A DNA stretch of 64,000 bases from Klebsormidium nitens (lineage: Eukaryota; Plantae; Klebsormidiophyceae): positions 1 to 64,000 of the forward strand of contig DF237141.1 in assembly GCA_000708835.1 (NCBI GenBank), given 5' to 3'. The translations under genes and the position numbers were made by a program. How positions within the stretch are numbered: position 1 is the first letter of the stretch; every line of letters begins with the position of its first letter. Positions 1 to 12,500 of this stretch are shown piece by piece. The notes under the pieces were generated by a model. It made no database searches and was not told the DNA's origin. It was given only the letters and a program-made list of their open reading frames with translations.

Positions 1-1070
1 TTTCGTCACAATAGTCGAATGATGATAGATGCCACTTTCTGAAGTAAGCCGGCCAGTGGACTCAGGCCAGGCTGCATTCGCAACCAACACATCAGTATGG
101 TGCATACAGATGCATGGCAGTTTAGAGGTGACTGCGTACTTCGGCGGCTAGCTAGGCTCACGACATGCTTCACTGCCAACTTGCTGCGCAGAGCTTAGCT
201 GGTCATCGACCTCCGCGCATATGGAATGGCTTGCATGAATCCCTCAGATGGACATTTTCAACTTCCAAACAATACTAAACAACGCTGAACTTCGGAACAT
301 GCTCCGTCTGAGATTCCTTTGAAGCAACAGAAATATTTTCGTGGATATTGCGTATTCTGCTGAACATCATCCGCACACTCTGCATGTTTGCGATCAACGC
401 CCAATTCCTGGGGCTGTCCCAATACGTCCCAACAGAATGTCCTCAAGCCGTCCTTATGTTGACCAGTCATTCAGGTCCGGCTTTATGGCATGCAGACTGA
501 CAGGAAGTACGTTCCGGCAGATTTACGATAGACAAAGAGAAGTTTCATCTCGATCTTTCAGGAGTGACGTCAAACATGCCGCTTTTCTTAGCCATTGAAA
601 CAAGACGAGACGGCTCCTGACATCTATGCTTTTCGACGTTCTGCGCTGAACCATCTCAAATTGGTTGAAGGACTAGCGTCACGTAGCCTGAGAGCCTCAA
701 CTGATGTGTTGCAAAGTCTCTGCTTGAGAGTCAAACCTGGTATGCATCTCGAGCCAGCCTAATGGGCACTCTCGCATCGTTCGAGGCATCCTTGGAAGAC
801 GAGTCTGGTGTGCAGAGCCGTGGCGACAAGCTGGAACATCGGAACTCAGAATACCCTCAAACAGGTCCTTTAATTAGTGCTCCAATCCATATCAAGAAGA
901 ACAACCTTGCACTCATAATCTTCTGACATCTTTACCAGTCAAATCTGGCTGCGCGCACATACTGTCTGGCCAAAAATCACCCTTCTACAGGGCCAGATTT
1001 GCCTCTAGGCACCGCAAGCAAGGTCAACAAGGCAGCCAGATCTGACCGGTCTTGACCGCGTGTTTCACTT

Positions 1071-2594
1071 TCAAGCTGCGTCTACAGACCGGAGCTTAAA
1101 GGAGATCAGATATGTTGGATACGCCTGAAAGTCTTTGAACACTACGAAGATACTCGGCGCCCCTATATTATCCACAGCAGAGTCGTACCGTGACTCGGCC
1201 CCTGTCTGGCCTTCAGTCTTTTGGGGTGGCGCTTTCATGCTCGATGCGCCCTCGGTAAAGTCTCCGACGAGGACTTGGTTCAAAAACATACAGTACGTGT
1301 CTGTCGCATTCCTCAACCTTCCTCCAGCTTCGCACGAGAAGTACGACGCGTAGAAAGAGTCCACCGAGAAGTACGAGCCTTCGCCAAAGTAAGTTGCATG
1401 TTTGCCTGCAGCAATATGTGACGTAGTGAAGCGTCAGGCGTGAGGATGGATCTGATTTATTGGCAGCTTTTCAACATTATGGAAACTTTAACAGAATTCC
1501 GACTGGCTGCTGTGCTCTTCGAAGATCCTCCGCACTTTCGTGTTTTTCCAAAGACATGACAACTAGTGACATTCTCATAGAGGTCCCTTTACGACCTTAC
1601 TTATACGCTGGCGCAACCGAGACAACCAAGACTCCCAGTATTGTTTCTGAAATCCAGAATTTGGAAGCAGTCAAAAGGTAGAGGCAACACCTTAAATACC
1701 AGAGAACTCAAGCAGAATCACAAATTCTAAGAATCGCGTCATCTTACCAGCATATGACCGGTTGAATCCATGAGCAGAGATGGCCGGTGCAGTTCCCTGT
1801 GGCGTTCCATGGAAAAGCCACTTCTCGTTCTGGATGGTTGTCTTGTGCAGCGAGTAATGTCCCCAGAGCCGCTCGTTCTCCACTCTTTGAACCTCCGTGA
1901 TCGTGAAAATGTTGCTTCCGGTTCGCTCGTGGAACTTGGTAAAGCAAAAGCGCCACTCCTCAGAGTCTTGTGCCAGAGTGACCAGCTGCCCTTCTGCCTC
2001 CCTAACGGCTGTTAAGCTCCACGTGGCTGGCCACACTATAACGCTCGGTCTCTGCTGCATCTGTGCTTCTTTTACGCTTTGAACCTGCAGCTTGGAAGCA
2101 AGTTATTCTGTGGAGGCTTTGATCTTCCACTCCAAATCCTTCGTAGTCGCCTCCACTTTAGTTTTCAGCTCTTCCGTACCCCATTCAAATATCTTCTTCA
2201 CCTCTTCTTTGACAAGCTCCACAATGACCTTCGAACGGAAGGCGTGTGTGCTTCCCGAGATCGTCAACAGCGCACAGTGCTTTGTTCCAGTTTTTGAAGG
2301 CGTTACCACTATGGAGACTTTGTTCTCCTTCTCCAGTCTCTCCAACATGCTTAGAAACTCATCGACCCCAAGGAAGAGAGATGTGTCCACCTCGATTTCA
2401 CTCTGAGATTCTCCTGACATCCGAAACTGCCTTGCCTCAGACGGAGCACTCTCAAAGAGTATCTTTTGTGCTTGCAGATAGATCCTGCGACCGACGATGG
2501 TCACAATGCCCGTTGTAAGCAGAGAGATGCCTTTCACAAAGATGCTGAGGTCATTCTCTCCAGCAAAGTAGCTTATCTTCATCTCGGTAGTCAT
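1071..2594 (-). pseudogene. PARP-family (ARTD) mono-ADP-ribosyltransferase, copy a; 2 exons (2594-1748, 1405-1071); in-frame TAA at 2103-2105 (probable pseudogene or nonsense allele)
   Basis: ORFs 2594-2103 and 2060-1692 are in the same frame, separated by one TAA plus 14 codons. PARP motifs VQRVENERLW, NEKWLFHGT, GFNRSYAG|KHATYFGEGSYFS, QVLVGDF, YDSAVD, IFVVFKDFQAYPTYLISF. Phase-1 intron G|GTAAGA...TGCAG| at the same position as in copy b. Confidence 0.85.
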
Positions 2595-3237
2595 CTTTTC
2601 GGTGCTTACAGTGCTTGGTCAACGTCGAGAACCTCTGAATGACTCAATGCTGTCATAGTTCCATTTATTTCTCTGTCTAGGCAGTCTGGTAGTGAACGAG
2701 TGTTTTCAACCACGGTCTCTGGAGAAGGCACTTCAAAGAGTGATCCGTAGCACTAGCTCGACAATCGCAATATTCAGTCTGCAGCTGCATGTAGGCTTAG
2801 CTTGCTGCTATGTATTTGATCGACAGGGGATTGTGCGGTGAGGGGAGAAATAGCAGAAGAGAAGGTCGCGCTTTATGGATGGAGCTGCGCACAGAGGGTC
2901 GGCAATGGAAAGAACTCCTCCTGGAGAGATTCAAGGCTGGGTAAAGTTCGTCTTCAAGCCTACAATGTTCACCAGCGTCTCCCTTGTCAGGATGAACTGT
3001 GAATCAGAAGCTCTGAATTGCTGTTGTCCTGTCAAAGCTGAAAAGTCTTTTATGCTCACCTTCAAAAAGGGTGCCGCACTCTGCTGGCAGTTTGGTCCAA
3101 GACCTGACTAATCAGGTGTGCGTTTACTTTGAAGGCTCCGTGCATACTGGACATCGAATTCTAGGAGGTCACGTCTTGGCACCACCTCTGCAAGAAAATT
3201 CTCTCTGGTTTAGAGTACTAGAGCCAGCCAAAGTACT

Positions 3238-3360
3238 GGTCGCGTGACCCCAACAAAAACGGCAGGCAAATTGTCACATCATTAAAGGTATGATTGCTGT
3301 GCCTCTTCAAATATGCATCGCCAGGAGGCAACGTGCCAACCAAGCCTTGGTCGCGTGACC
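3238..3360. promoter_or_regulatory. two copies of near-palindrome GGTCGCGTGACC in the spacer shared by the divergent PARP genes
   Basis: Exact 12-mer at 3238-3249 and 3349-3360. Related TTGTCAC/GTCACGT words lie nearby. A regulatory function is inferred only. Confidence 0.4.
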
Positions 3361-3753
3361 GTCACCAGCTACCAAGCAGGATTGTCACGTCACGCAGAAA
3401 AAGCTTCTGGTTTGTACCTCTAGCTAGAACGACGGAAACAATTTGTTCTTTGCAAATGGCCCAGCTTTTCCCCAGCGTCTTCGTTATGCATCGCGCCGGA
3501 AACTGTGGCAGCTTGGTAGCCTTTGGGTCTCAATGCATCGCTTCTAAGGACTCAGCAGAAGTTCTGCAATTCCTTATATGTAGCACGAGCGCTGATAGCT
3601 CTGATTGAGAGATTGCAGCTGAAGCTTTGATCTAGTTGGATTCTTCAGTGAGCTGGAAGCTGCGCATATCAAATAACAGCGGCAGAAAGAGGTGTTTTCG
3701 CTCAGGGCTGGATTGAAGTTGAAGCGAAGCAGGTTTGGTGGCTACAAATTAAG

Positions 3754-5755
3754 ATGGCTAGTGAACTGCTCATAAGCTATTTTTCTCACGAGGGCGACTT
3801 GAAAGTGTTTCTGAAAGGCTTGGGAATGCTCGCTACGGGCCTCATGAGCGTCACTGGACTTCGAAGATACCTTAGCTTGCAGGAAGAAGAAAGACTAATT
3901 GAGCGAGAAGATATTATCGAGGCTTTCGAAAGCATCAGAAATACTTCGACGAGCAGATTTATTTCTCTGCCACAAAGTCAAGTCTATCCAAACCAGGCTG
4001 AGATTCGGACACAAATACGGGTGGACGCATCTGTATTTCTTGAGCGGGAAGACCTTGTTGAGAGACTTGAGGATGAGTATGGAGTTTTCATAATCGTTCA
4101 GTCCCCGTTCTGTGGGATGAAGGACAATACCAGACAGGTGACGATCCTGGGAAGCACGCGAGAAGTCCACAACCAGATCATCGGCCGAGTCGCCAAGGAA
4201 GAGCTGAAGCGGAGTGTGGAAGCTCAACTGGAAAAGCTTGCCTTTATCCAGACTCAGAAAGACTTAGAGCAGCAAGCGCAGCTTGGGCAGAGCGTTCTGA
4301 TATTGCCTTCTACCTGGAAGAGAGGTGTCGGCAGCAAAGTAGGAAAAGCTGAGTTGGTCGCGCTGGCAAAGGGTTCAGAAGAGTGGCGCTTTTGCTTCGA
4401 CGCTTTCTACAAGAGCAGCAGAAGCAATATTTTCACTATCACGGGGATTGAGCGTGTACAGAACGAGGAGCTCTGGACTCACTACTCGCTGCACAAGCGA
4501 ATGCTTGGAAACGAGAAGTGGCTATTCCACGGAACGAAGCAGATAAACGCGAAGGCTATCTGTACTCAAGGATTCAATCGATCATACGCTGGTAAGAAGG
4601 TCTCGTGATGTCAAACTTTCTTCATATCAAAGAAAGGTGTGGATCTCTTGCGGGTTGGGGTCAGTTACATCTTCGTGTTTGTTATTCAAGAAGCAGTCGT
4701 TTGCTCGCAGTCGATGTTTTAAGTGGCAATTGCACAAGCTGGCGTCACGGTACTCTTAAGAAAGGTAGATAAAGATACATTGTTTGCCTGCCGTATACAT
4801 GCTTTTAAACGTACTGCCGATTCCCGTTGATTTCAGAGCAGGTGCGCCTAGATACCTGAGCCCGTGGGAACGTTTGCTTTGGGAACACATTGCTAGTCGG
4901 AGCTTACATTAAAGGGTCCCCCTTCTAAAGTCTCTCAAACGGTAATGTTGATTGCATCAAAGACGAACATCAAGTAAGGGAAAAGCTGACGCTAGTCTTT
5001 TGTGTGGTGCAGGCAGCCACGGAACTTCCTACGGCGAGGGCACATACTTCGCGGGCGGTTCCTTCTATGCCTCATACTACTCGTGTTGTGCTGGTAGCAG
5101 AGAGCTGAGGGGTGCAACAAACACGTACTGCATGTTTGTGGCCCAAGTTCTTGTTGGGGACTTTACGCAGGGCGCATCGGGCATGAAGGAACCCCCTCGG
5201 AAGACAGGAGACGCGGCAGGCGGAATGGTTGGGGCCGAGTCACGGTACGACTCGGTTGTAGACAAACCAGAGGCACCGAGAATCTTTGTGGTGTTCAAAG
5301 ATTTCCAGGCTTACCCGACGTACCTCATCACGTTCAAGCTTCGATCCATTAGTGAAAGACTGTTGAGAACGATACCAGAGGACTACTACGATCTGCCTTG
5401 GGCCAACGTTCGAAGCGCCGAGCACTATCAGAGAGGATTATGGTGCATCATCGACGGGCTCGTGCATTCCATGCATACAGATTGGCCGCCCATTGCATGT
5501 GCATGCATGAAGCTTGCATGGTTTTTCCAAGAACAAACTCTCGGTCCAAGCCCTATGCAATCGCATGCTTCTTTCGCGAGCGACTATGTCGGCCCCCATA
5601 CTAGCAACTGCAATTATGCCGACAGGCTTTGCCAGCTCATCCAGAACGTCTCTGCCTATACGAATTTTCGCAGCAATCATCCTGTGGGCGGTGCGCTATA
5701 CCTGATTATGAGAGAAGCACAGTGCGATCCACCCGGTTTTAATCGGGTCGAATAA
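3754..5755 (+). CDS. PARP-family mono-ADP-ribosyltransferase, copy b (KH-like domain - helical linker - ART domain - ~140-aa C-terminal extension); exons 3754-4591, 5013-5755
   Basis: IERVQNEELW, NEKWLFHGT, GFNRSYAG|SHGTSYGEGTYFA, AQVLVGDF, YDSVVD, RIFVVFKDFQAYPTYLITF match the PARP12/14/15-type catalytic domain (H-Y-I triad). Donor GTAAGA at 4592 and acceptor GTGCAG at 5012 join in frame. Confidence 0.9.
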
Positions 5756-6554
5756 GTAAAGAAGAATATGCGAGGATGTTTGAACATCTTATCCTTGTAA
5801 GTTGAAATGCAGTAAGCAATGTTAAAACAGCAGTTTCCAGTCTTAGCCTCGTGCTAATCACAGGCGGGCTGCGCTGATCTAATCTACCAGTTTCTAGCTC
5901 TACAACTCCAATAATGAAAAGGTCTTTGCAGCAGTTTGATTACAATGTAGTTCACCTGACCGTGCGTTGTCAAAAATGGTCTACCGGCTCGCTGCTGACA
6001 GCCAAGTAGGCTTCTAAACGAGAAGACGTTTTGCAGACGATAAATGCGGATCAGCTGCTCCGTTCCGTCGTGCTTCTTGAATCTGCTTGTCGACATGCCA
6101 GCTGGCTCATACATGGTCGAACACTATCATACTACCTCGACGGCCGGATCTTCACCAGTAGCCTTAATTTATCCAAACCCCGTCTACAGTCTACCCAACG
6201 CCATGTGGTGGAGATCGTTTTGTCTAGGAGAACCACCTCTTCATCACCTCTCCAATGCCCGCTTAGCTTCTAATCCTCTCGCTTGAGTCGAGCCTTCCGT
6301 ACTGGCCCGCAGTTCATCCGTCTTATGACGTATCATCAACGTTCATCACGTTTCTTATAACCATTCGGGATGGTCTTTCGTCGGTTGACGGCCCCCCTGC
6401 TCTTCCCCTTCCTTTGCCAGTGCACCCGTTTCTGCCAGAACTCATCCTGGCGACACGAACCGTCCGCTCCTTCCAATCCGCTCGCGCACTTTTACTGCTC
6501 TCCCGTGCTCCGGCTCTCTACCTTCGCCGACCCTTGTCCCTCATGCGTGCCTTG

Positions 6555-9500
6555 CTACAGCGCCGCTCCGTTTTCGCCCTGACCGTTCATTTGTCTTTGC
6601 GACTGCCCAGCTTCTCCGTCCCCGGCACTATTTGCCGCCGCATTTGCCGCCGTCGGGTTGACCTGGTGAGCCGCTGCGCCAGTTTCAACCGGGCGGGGCT
6701 GCTCCGCCGGCTCCCCCTCCAAATGCCCCGTTCCCTGACCCCCCGAACCATTTTCTGCTTGCCTTACGCCTGAATCCGCAACGTTTACCTTCTCCTCCGT
6801 CCCCCCCCCTTCGATTTGCCGCTCTTCCTGCCCCCCCAACTCGTCGATCCTCGCTTTCAGATCGCTCTCCTGCTCTTCCCCGTGCTCGTCAATCTGCCTC
6901 TTAGCCTCTTCATCCGTGATTCCCTCTTCTTTTTCCGCCACCTCTTCTATGTCTTTCGGCTTCATGAATCCTTTTCCCCAGGGGTACAGCCCGACCGCTA
7001 AAACGCCCGTCATCGCAACCCCCAGCGCCGAGAGCAGCGGGTTTCCCCCGCCGGTCAACCAGGTCGAGACACGTGGATTTACCGCGGTCAACTGCCCGAC
7101 TTGCACCACGTAATTCGCGGCGATTAACCCGGAGTGCAGGCCCATCGGGAGCGCGAGGTTTCCCTGCGCGCGCGCGCGCGCTCCGATAAGAACCAGGCCG
7201 AGGAGGAAGAGCCCCGGAGCGGCCGCGCGCGACCAGTGCGCGAGCGCGAAGAGCGTGGCTGAGAGGAGCGCAGCGCCGTGGGGGCCGACGTCGACGGCGG
7301 CTTCTTCGTGGATCCAGGACCTGGTCAAATAAACCAGGGATAGTTAATGTTGATTGTTAAGAAAGATCGATGTTTTCTGCTGCTTGGATCAGATTCACGC
7401 GCTGTTCTCCTCTTCTGATAGTGAATGATTGGCCAAATCCTAGGACGTTGTTTGCAGCAGTGCGAGCTTCAAGAGGAAGGTGTGACCCAGCAACTTCACG
7501 TTGGATCGGATCCAAGAACGCAAGCGACTGTGGCTGATCAGACCTGCTCGCGAATAGAAAACGGCGTCTTCTTGGTTACAACCGTAGATCAGGGTCTTAA
7601 CTTATCACACTACAAATCGGACCAGGATTTGATATTGCAAGAAATTGTTTCTGGATATGATCAGCTGGCAGGACGAAAACGGCGACTTCTTGCTTGAGCC
7701 AGAAACCTTGCTTCCATCAAGAACGGCGCTAACCCGGGCCTTGACCCACCTGAAGATGAGCTCCTCCACGAGTGACACCGTCACCCCGACCATCCACGCG
7801 TGCAGCACTAAATGCACCTTCCCGAACTCGCGCAAAACGCCGGCCGCGACGTTCGCCGCCGGTTTCTGGGTCGCCCCCCCGAGCCACGTCACGTGCCCCA
7901 GCCTTAGCTGCAACCCGTAAAACGCGGCGACCAAAAAGGCGCCCGCGAGCTGGCCGGTGATGAGCTGGCCCGCACTCTTGCGGTTAAACATGCGGAGGCC
8001 GTAGCTGGTGAAGGGGCGCTTGAAGCCGCGGACAACGCGGCCCCAGATGTGGATCTGGAGAGATGTAGCGAGAATCAGTTTTGAGATCCGGAAAGACTCG
8101 GGCCCAGATGTGGATCTGGAGAGACAGAGCTGAGTTTCAGGGTTCGAGATATGAGAGGAAGATTCAATACGAGCATGACAGAGGGAAAGGAAGATTGTTT
8201 CATCTCAAGAAGTGCCGGAAGCCGCGCTTATGCGGCCCTTAGTTCGAGTAAGAAGAAACGCGAAGTTACTAATCGTATCTGTCCAGCGGTTTGTGTCTGA
8301 TCTTCAAGAAACTTGTCCTCAGATCTGGTAATCTTGAAGGTAGCCCAGAAGTCGTCTCAGAAGCTTTGCCTTCCCAACGAATACCGGCCGCTCCGACAAG
8401 ACCACTGCAAAAGCGGCGTCGTCCCTCTTTTAGAGTAGAGCAGCTATTTGCGTGAAACTTGCCACCTTTATCTCCAGTCTAAACCCTTTCTACATGATTA
8501 TGGACCCTTCGATCTCGGAAGCTAGCCGATCGGACGGCCCAAAACTCTGTCATTGGCAATTCTCGCAAGCTTTTGAGGGTGCGAGTTTCACGCAATCAAT
8601 AGCTGTAATGCTAAGCCAAAACACAGACGACGCCGCTTTTGCAGCTCTGCCAAAGCCGAATATGTAGGTGAGCGCTCACCAGCATAAGGACCGCCAGATA
8701 CAGGCCCGCGGCCGCGGCCGCCTCCGCGACTCCGCCCTTTCCCCCGGTCGCCCGGTGCTGCAGAATGGTCGGGAGCAGGGGCACCAGGACTGGCGTCCAC
8801 AGAATGACGGACATCGCGGCGAAGGCAAAAATCCTGGAAATAAGCGTAAGACTCTAGTGAAGCCAATTTCTTCAGGGATCATCAGGGACGGGCGGCGAAG
8901 TGAGTACTCTGGTAAGGTGGCAAGGGAGGGTTTGCAAAAAGCTTTTCGGGCGTTTATGTGGGTGTCGTAAGGGCTCACAGCAGCAAGCTTCTCATTGGAT
9001 AGGTAGTACCGAGTGTGGTGACCATACCGATAGTCACATGTATCATCCATGGATTGCTCTCTTGACCCGGAAATTAAAGGCACATGCCAAAGCTCAATGG
9101 CCCTGGCCCTGGGTCTGGGCTTCAGGCAGCAGAGGGGCAGAGGAAGCTAGGGTAAAGATATAGACAGCACAAGTTACCCCCAACTGCTTGGAGCAGATTG
9201 TCAAGCGCACGTGAAAGAAAATCAAAGCGGGTTAAACATGACTATCGGCTACATCGAAGAACAATATGCAAGCTGTCAAAGCACCACCTGTTGATCCCCA
9301 AAGTTGAGTCGATGGCTCGAGCAACAGTCCAGGGAAGGCCGGTAGCCTGTGACGCACTCCCAATACAGCCAAACGAGCTCAGCTCCCAAACCGTGAAAAG
9401 CGCGCGGACAAAGTGCTCACCGCTTCGCCAGGTTCTTGTTATCGATCTTCAGGAATCCGAGCAGCCGCTCCGTAACCCTCGTCGCCCCGCGCACTCCCCC

Positions 9501-12500
9501 CCAGAACAGCGCCAGCTTCCCCGCGACCCGAAACACCCCCCCCGCCCCCCCGCGTCCGCCAAAAGCATCACCAACCTCGACTGATCGACATCCCCATTTG
9601 CATCCCTCGGAATCTGGCTCTTTACCACAGCGACCGCCTGAGTCGCTAAGTGACCCACAGTGTCCGAAAGTCCGCCCCCCCCCTGCGGCGGATTCTGCCC
9701 TTCCGGGGGGGTCGGGTTTATAGCCCGGGGCAAGTCTGCGGCGGTGATCCCCGTTGCTTGAGAAGCGACGGCCGCGGCCGTGGCCGCGACGACCCCCCCC
9801 GCGCCGATTATGGTCGCGGTTTGCTCGGAGCTGAGGCCCTTGCGGGGGGGTGCGGGAGTGCTTTCTTGGGCCTGGGAACAAAGGGGGGAGGGTTAAGATT
9901 TTTCTGCGGGGTTACAGGGGTGGAGTTCCCAGCGCGTTTTTCAAACTCGTCCTGTGCATAGCGTGCGCGAAAGGTGTTTGACCTGGGCCCGGATCGCTGA
10001 AAAGTTTATGTTCCATGCTGTGCAAGCTCATGCTCCACCAATGTTTGACAAAGTGACCAATGCAAGCCGCGCGGAGTTCAACGTTGTCTCAAGTTTCGAA
10101 GTGAAAGCGTTGTGTTTGGACACGATGACTTGCCGGGTGCAATCGTGAAGCAAGCTTTTGTTTTGATTGGAACTTAGCCAGCCCAAAAACTTCCCCCAAC
10201 AGACAGCGGTGGTAACAGCGACCGGGTAGACGCGCCTGAGAGTTCAAACTTTCCATCCCTTGTATTCTCGAACTTCTGTATTTTGTCAAGTGGAATCAAT
10301 TCTTCTGTTTTGCCAAGAGGCCTGTCGATATCGTCTATTACTTTCTAATCACACCAGCTAAACGGATGCGTAAGGGCACAAGCCGGAAGGATGTGTAATT
10401 GCAGAACAAGCCTCGTCCAACAAAAAGAACCCAAACAAAAGTAGGAGCTTTGGACTGAGTGAGACTCGGGATTATGCCTTTAGATTTCAAAGAGATAAAA
10501 TCTGACACCGGTTCCGTCCCACCAAGACTCTACCATGTGGTTCATACCTACAAGGAGAATAGACGGTCACATAGCACCACAAGGAAAAGAGACGGTCACA
10601 TAGTATCAAAAGAGAAGAGACGGTCACAGTCCATCAATCAGGTCGTGCGGCTCAGCTTGCCAATATCACAATCAGCAAATCTACGCACCAGTTCCGGCTC
10701 GATCTCCGCCACCCCAGTCTCTCCTTCCGGCTCCTCGTCCCACTTGGTGCCCAGTCCCATCGCAATGTCATCCTCCGTCTCGAGCGGCAGCAGCTCCATA
10801 TGGTCTGCAGCTTCGAGCTTTGCTGCATCTGCATTGATGACGATAATGAAAAGCTTTGCTGTATATCCAAACGACTCTTCTTCTGGGCGGAAAGGATGCT
10901 GACTTATTCAAAAGCCACGCCGGGTCTGCTTCACAGAGGAAAAAAGCCATGCACCTCGTCTATGAATTTTGAATTTATGCTTCTAATCACTTAACCAGAC
11001 GTTTTGCCACCTTTCAGGACCAGCCATAAAACCTTGGGGCCGCCAATAGGAACACGGAAACGCACAGCTATCGGTCGCCACTATGCATCCGCTAAGCTTT
11101 GCCCGTAGAAGGTCTCAACATACTACGCTCAGGTTCTGAGTGCTTCAAGTGCACTGCTTAGAGTGGAACAATAAGAGAATCGACGAATTTGGAAACTTGT
11201 AGCCTTTGAATCCGTTTCACAAAATCCTAACAAGTAGAGAAGCAGTGAGCAATCTGGTCAACGAATTCCTGCGTTCCTTCCCCAGAAATACTAGCTCATC
11301 CAGACTACAGCGCTGCTAGCGTCAAACCAGATGCGTCCTCAGAGTCTCAAGATGCTCAGGCGAGGGGACTCTATTGAAGCGTCTGAGATTTGAAGATCCA
11401 GAACTCAATCCTCTATCAGATCGGTTGAGATTGAAGGATATCAAGCACTTCAAGTCCTGACCTTAGCGGTCGATTCTCCGATGGAACTTGGTGAATATCT
11501 CGGATGCTTTCAAGGAGTAAGCGAAGACTCCCAGCATTCAGACAACTGAAGACCAATGGTCTGGCTTGATTGCGAATACAGAGAAGCCGAACTAACAGAA
11601 ATGACACGCCGGAAAGCAAGAAATCGACTTAAGTAGTTCACCTTCCGCCTTCTGCTTTTCTTCCGCTTCCTTCTTCTTGTCCTGCACCACGTGGTACACC
11701 GTTCCAATCGCCGCCACGACAATCCCAACTAATACCCCCATAGGCAATAGCCCGCCAAACAATCCCCCGGTTCCAACTACTGACCCAATCGCTTTCATGA
11801 TCGCCCCCACGTCCAGTCCCCCGGGCATCTGCATCCCCGGAGCCACTTGCCCGGTTGCCGCTGTGCCGGGGGATCCCTCCCCGCGCCCGTTCGGCCCGGG
11901 GGGTTCCGCCAAGCCCTCCATCGCGCCCCCCCCCCCGACGGCCTCCGCAACCGCTTGCGCGACGCGCCCCGCCTCCGCCTCCCAGTTGACACGTGTCAAC
12001 GCGTCGAAGCCCGACTGCCCGACGCGCCGCCCGATCTCGAGTTTGAGTGACGTCAGGACGACGTCAGCAATTTCTAGCTTCCGATGCTCGGGCAAACCGT
12101 TGGCGACTGCGGCCGCTGTTGATCCCACGCTGGCGACAGCGCCTGTCACTGCTGCAATTGGGGGGGCGCTCACCACGGCTTGGAGGACCCCCCCTTTTGA
12201 GTTGCTTTCGTCTTTGGAACCGGACCCTTCGCTAGGTGACTCTGTAGGCGCGTGTTGAGAGCTCTTGTTGTCAAAAGCAGTCGGATGCGCATTTGGATCT
12301 TGCACTTTGCCGTTCTCTAATGAATCGGTCGCTCCGTCAGCTGACGAGTGCTTCCCCGTCTCATAGCCCTTCTGCAGCCTCTGACGAGTCTCCTCTATCC
12401 TCTCCTTCTCGCCAGAAGCACCTTCCGAAGAACTTTCCGCCGGAACGTCCGAAACCGTCGTTTCTTGGTGAGTTGCGACTGCCGCCCGACGCCCGGTAGG

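Noticed and set aside
258-1070. Short ORFs downstream of PARP copy a as extra exons
   Set aside because: Multiple stops in all frames; no motif or match to the C-terminal extension of copy b.
8707-8716. CGCGGCCGCG match as a promoter element
   Set aside because: Lies in a coding Ala run (AAAAAG) of the CPBP-fusion gene.
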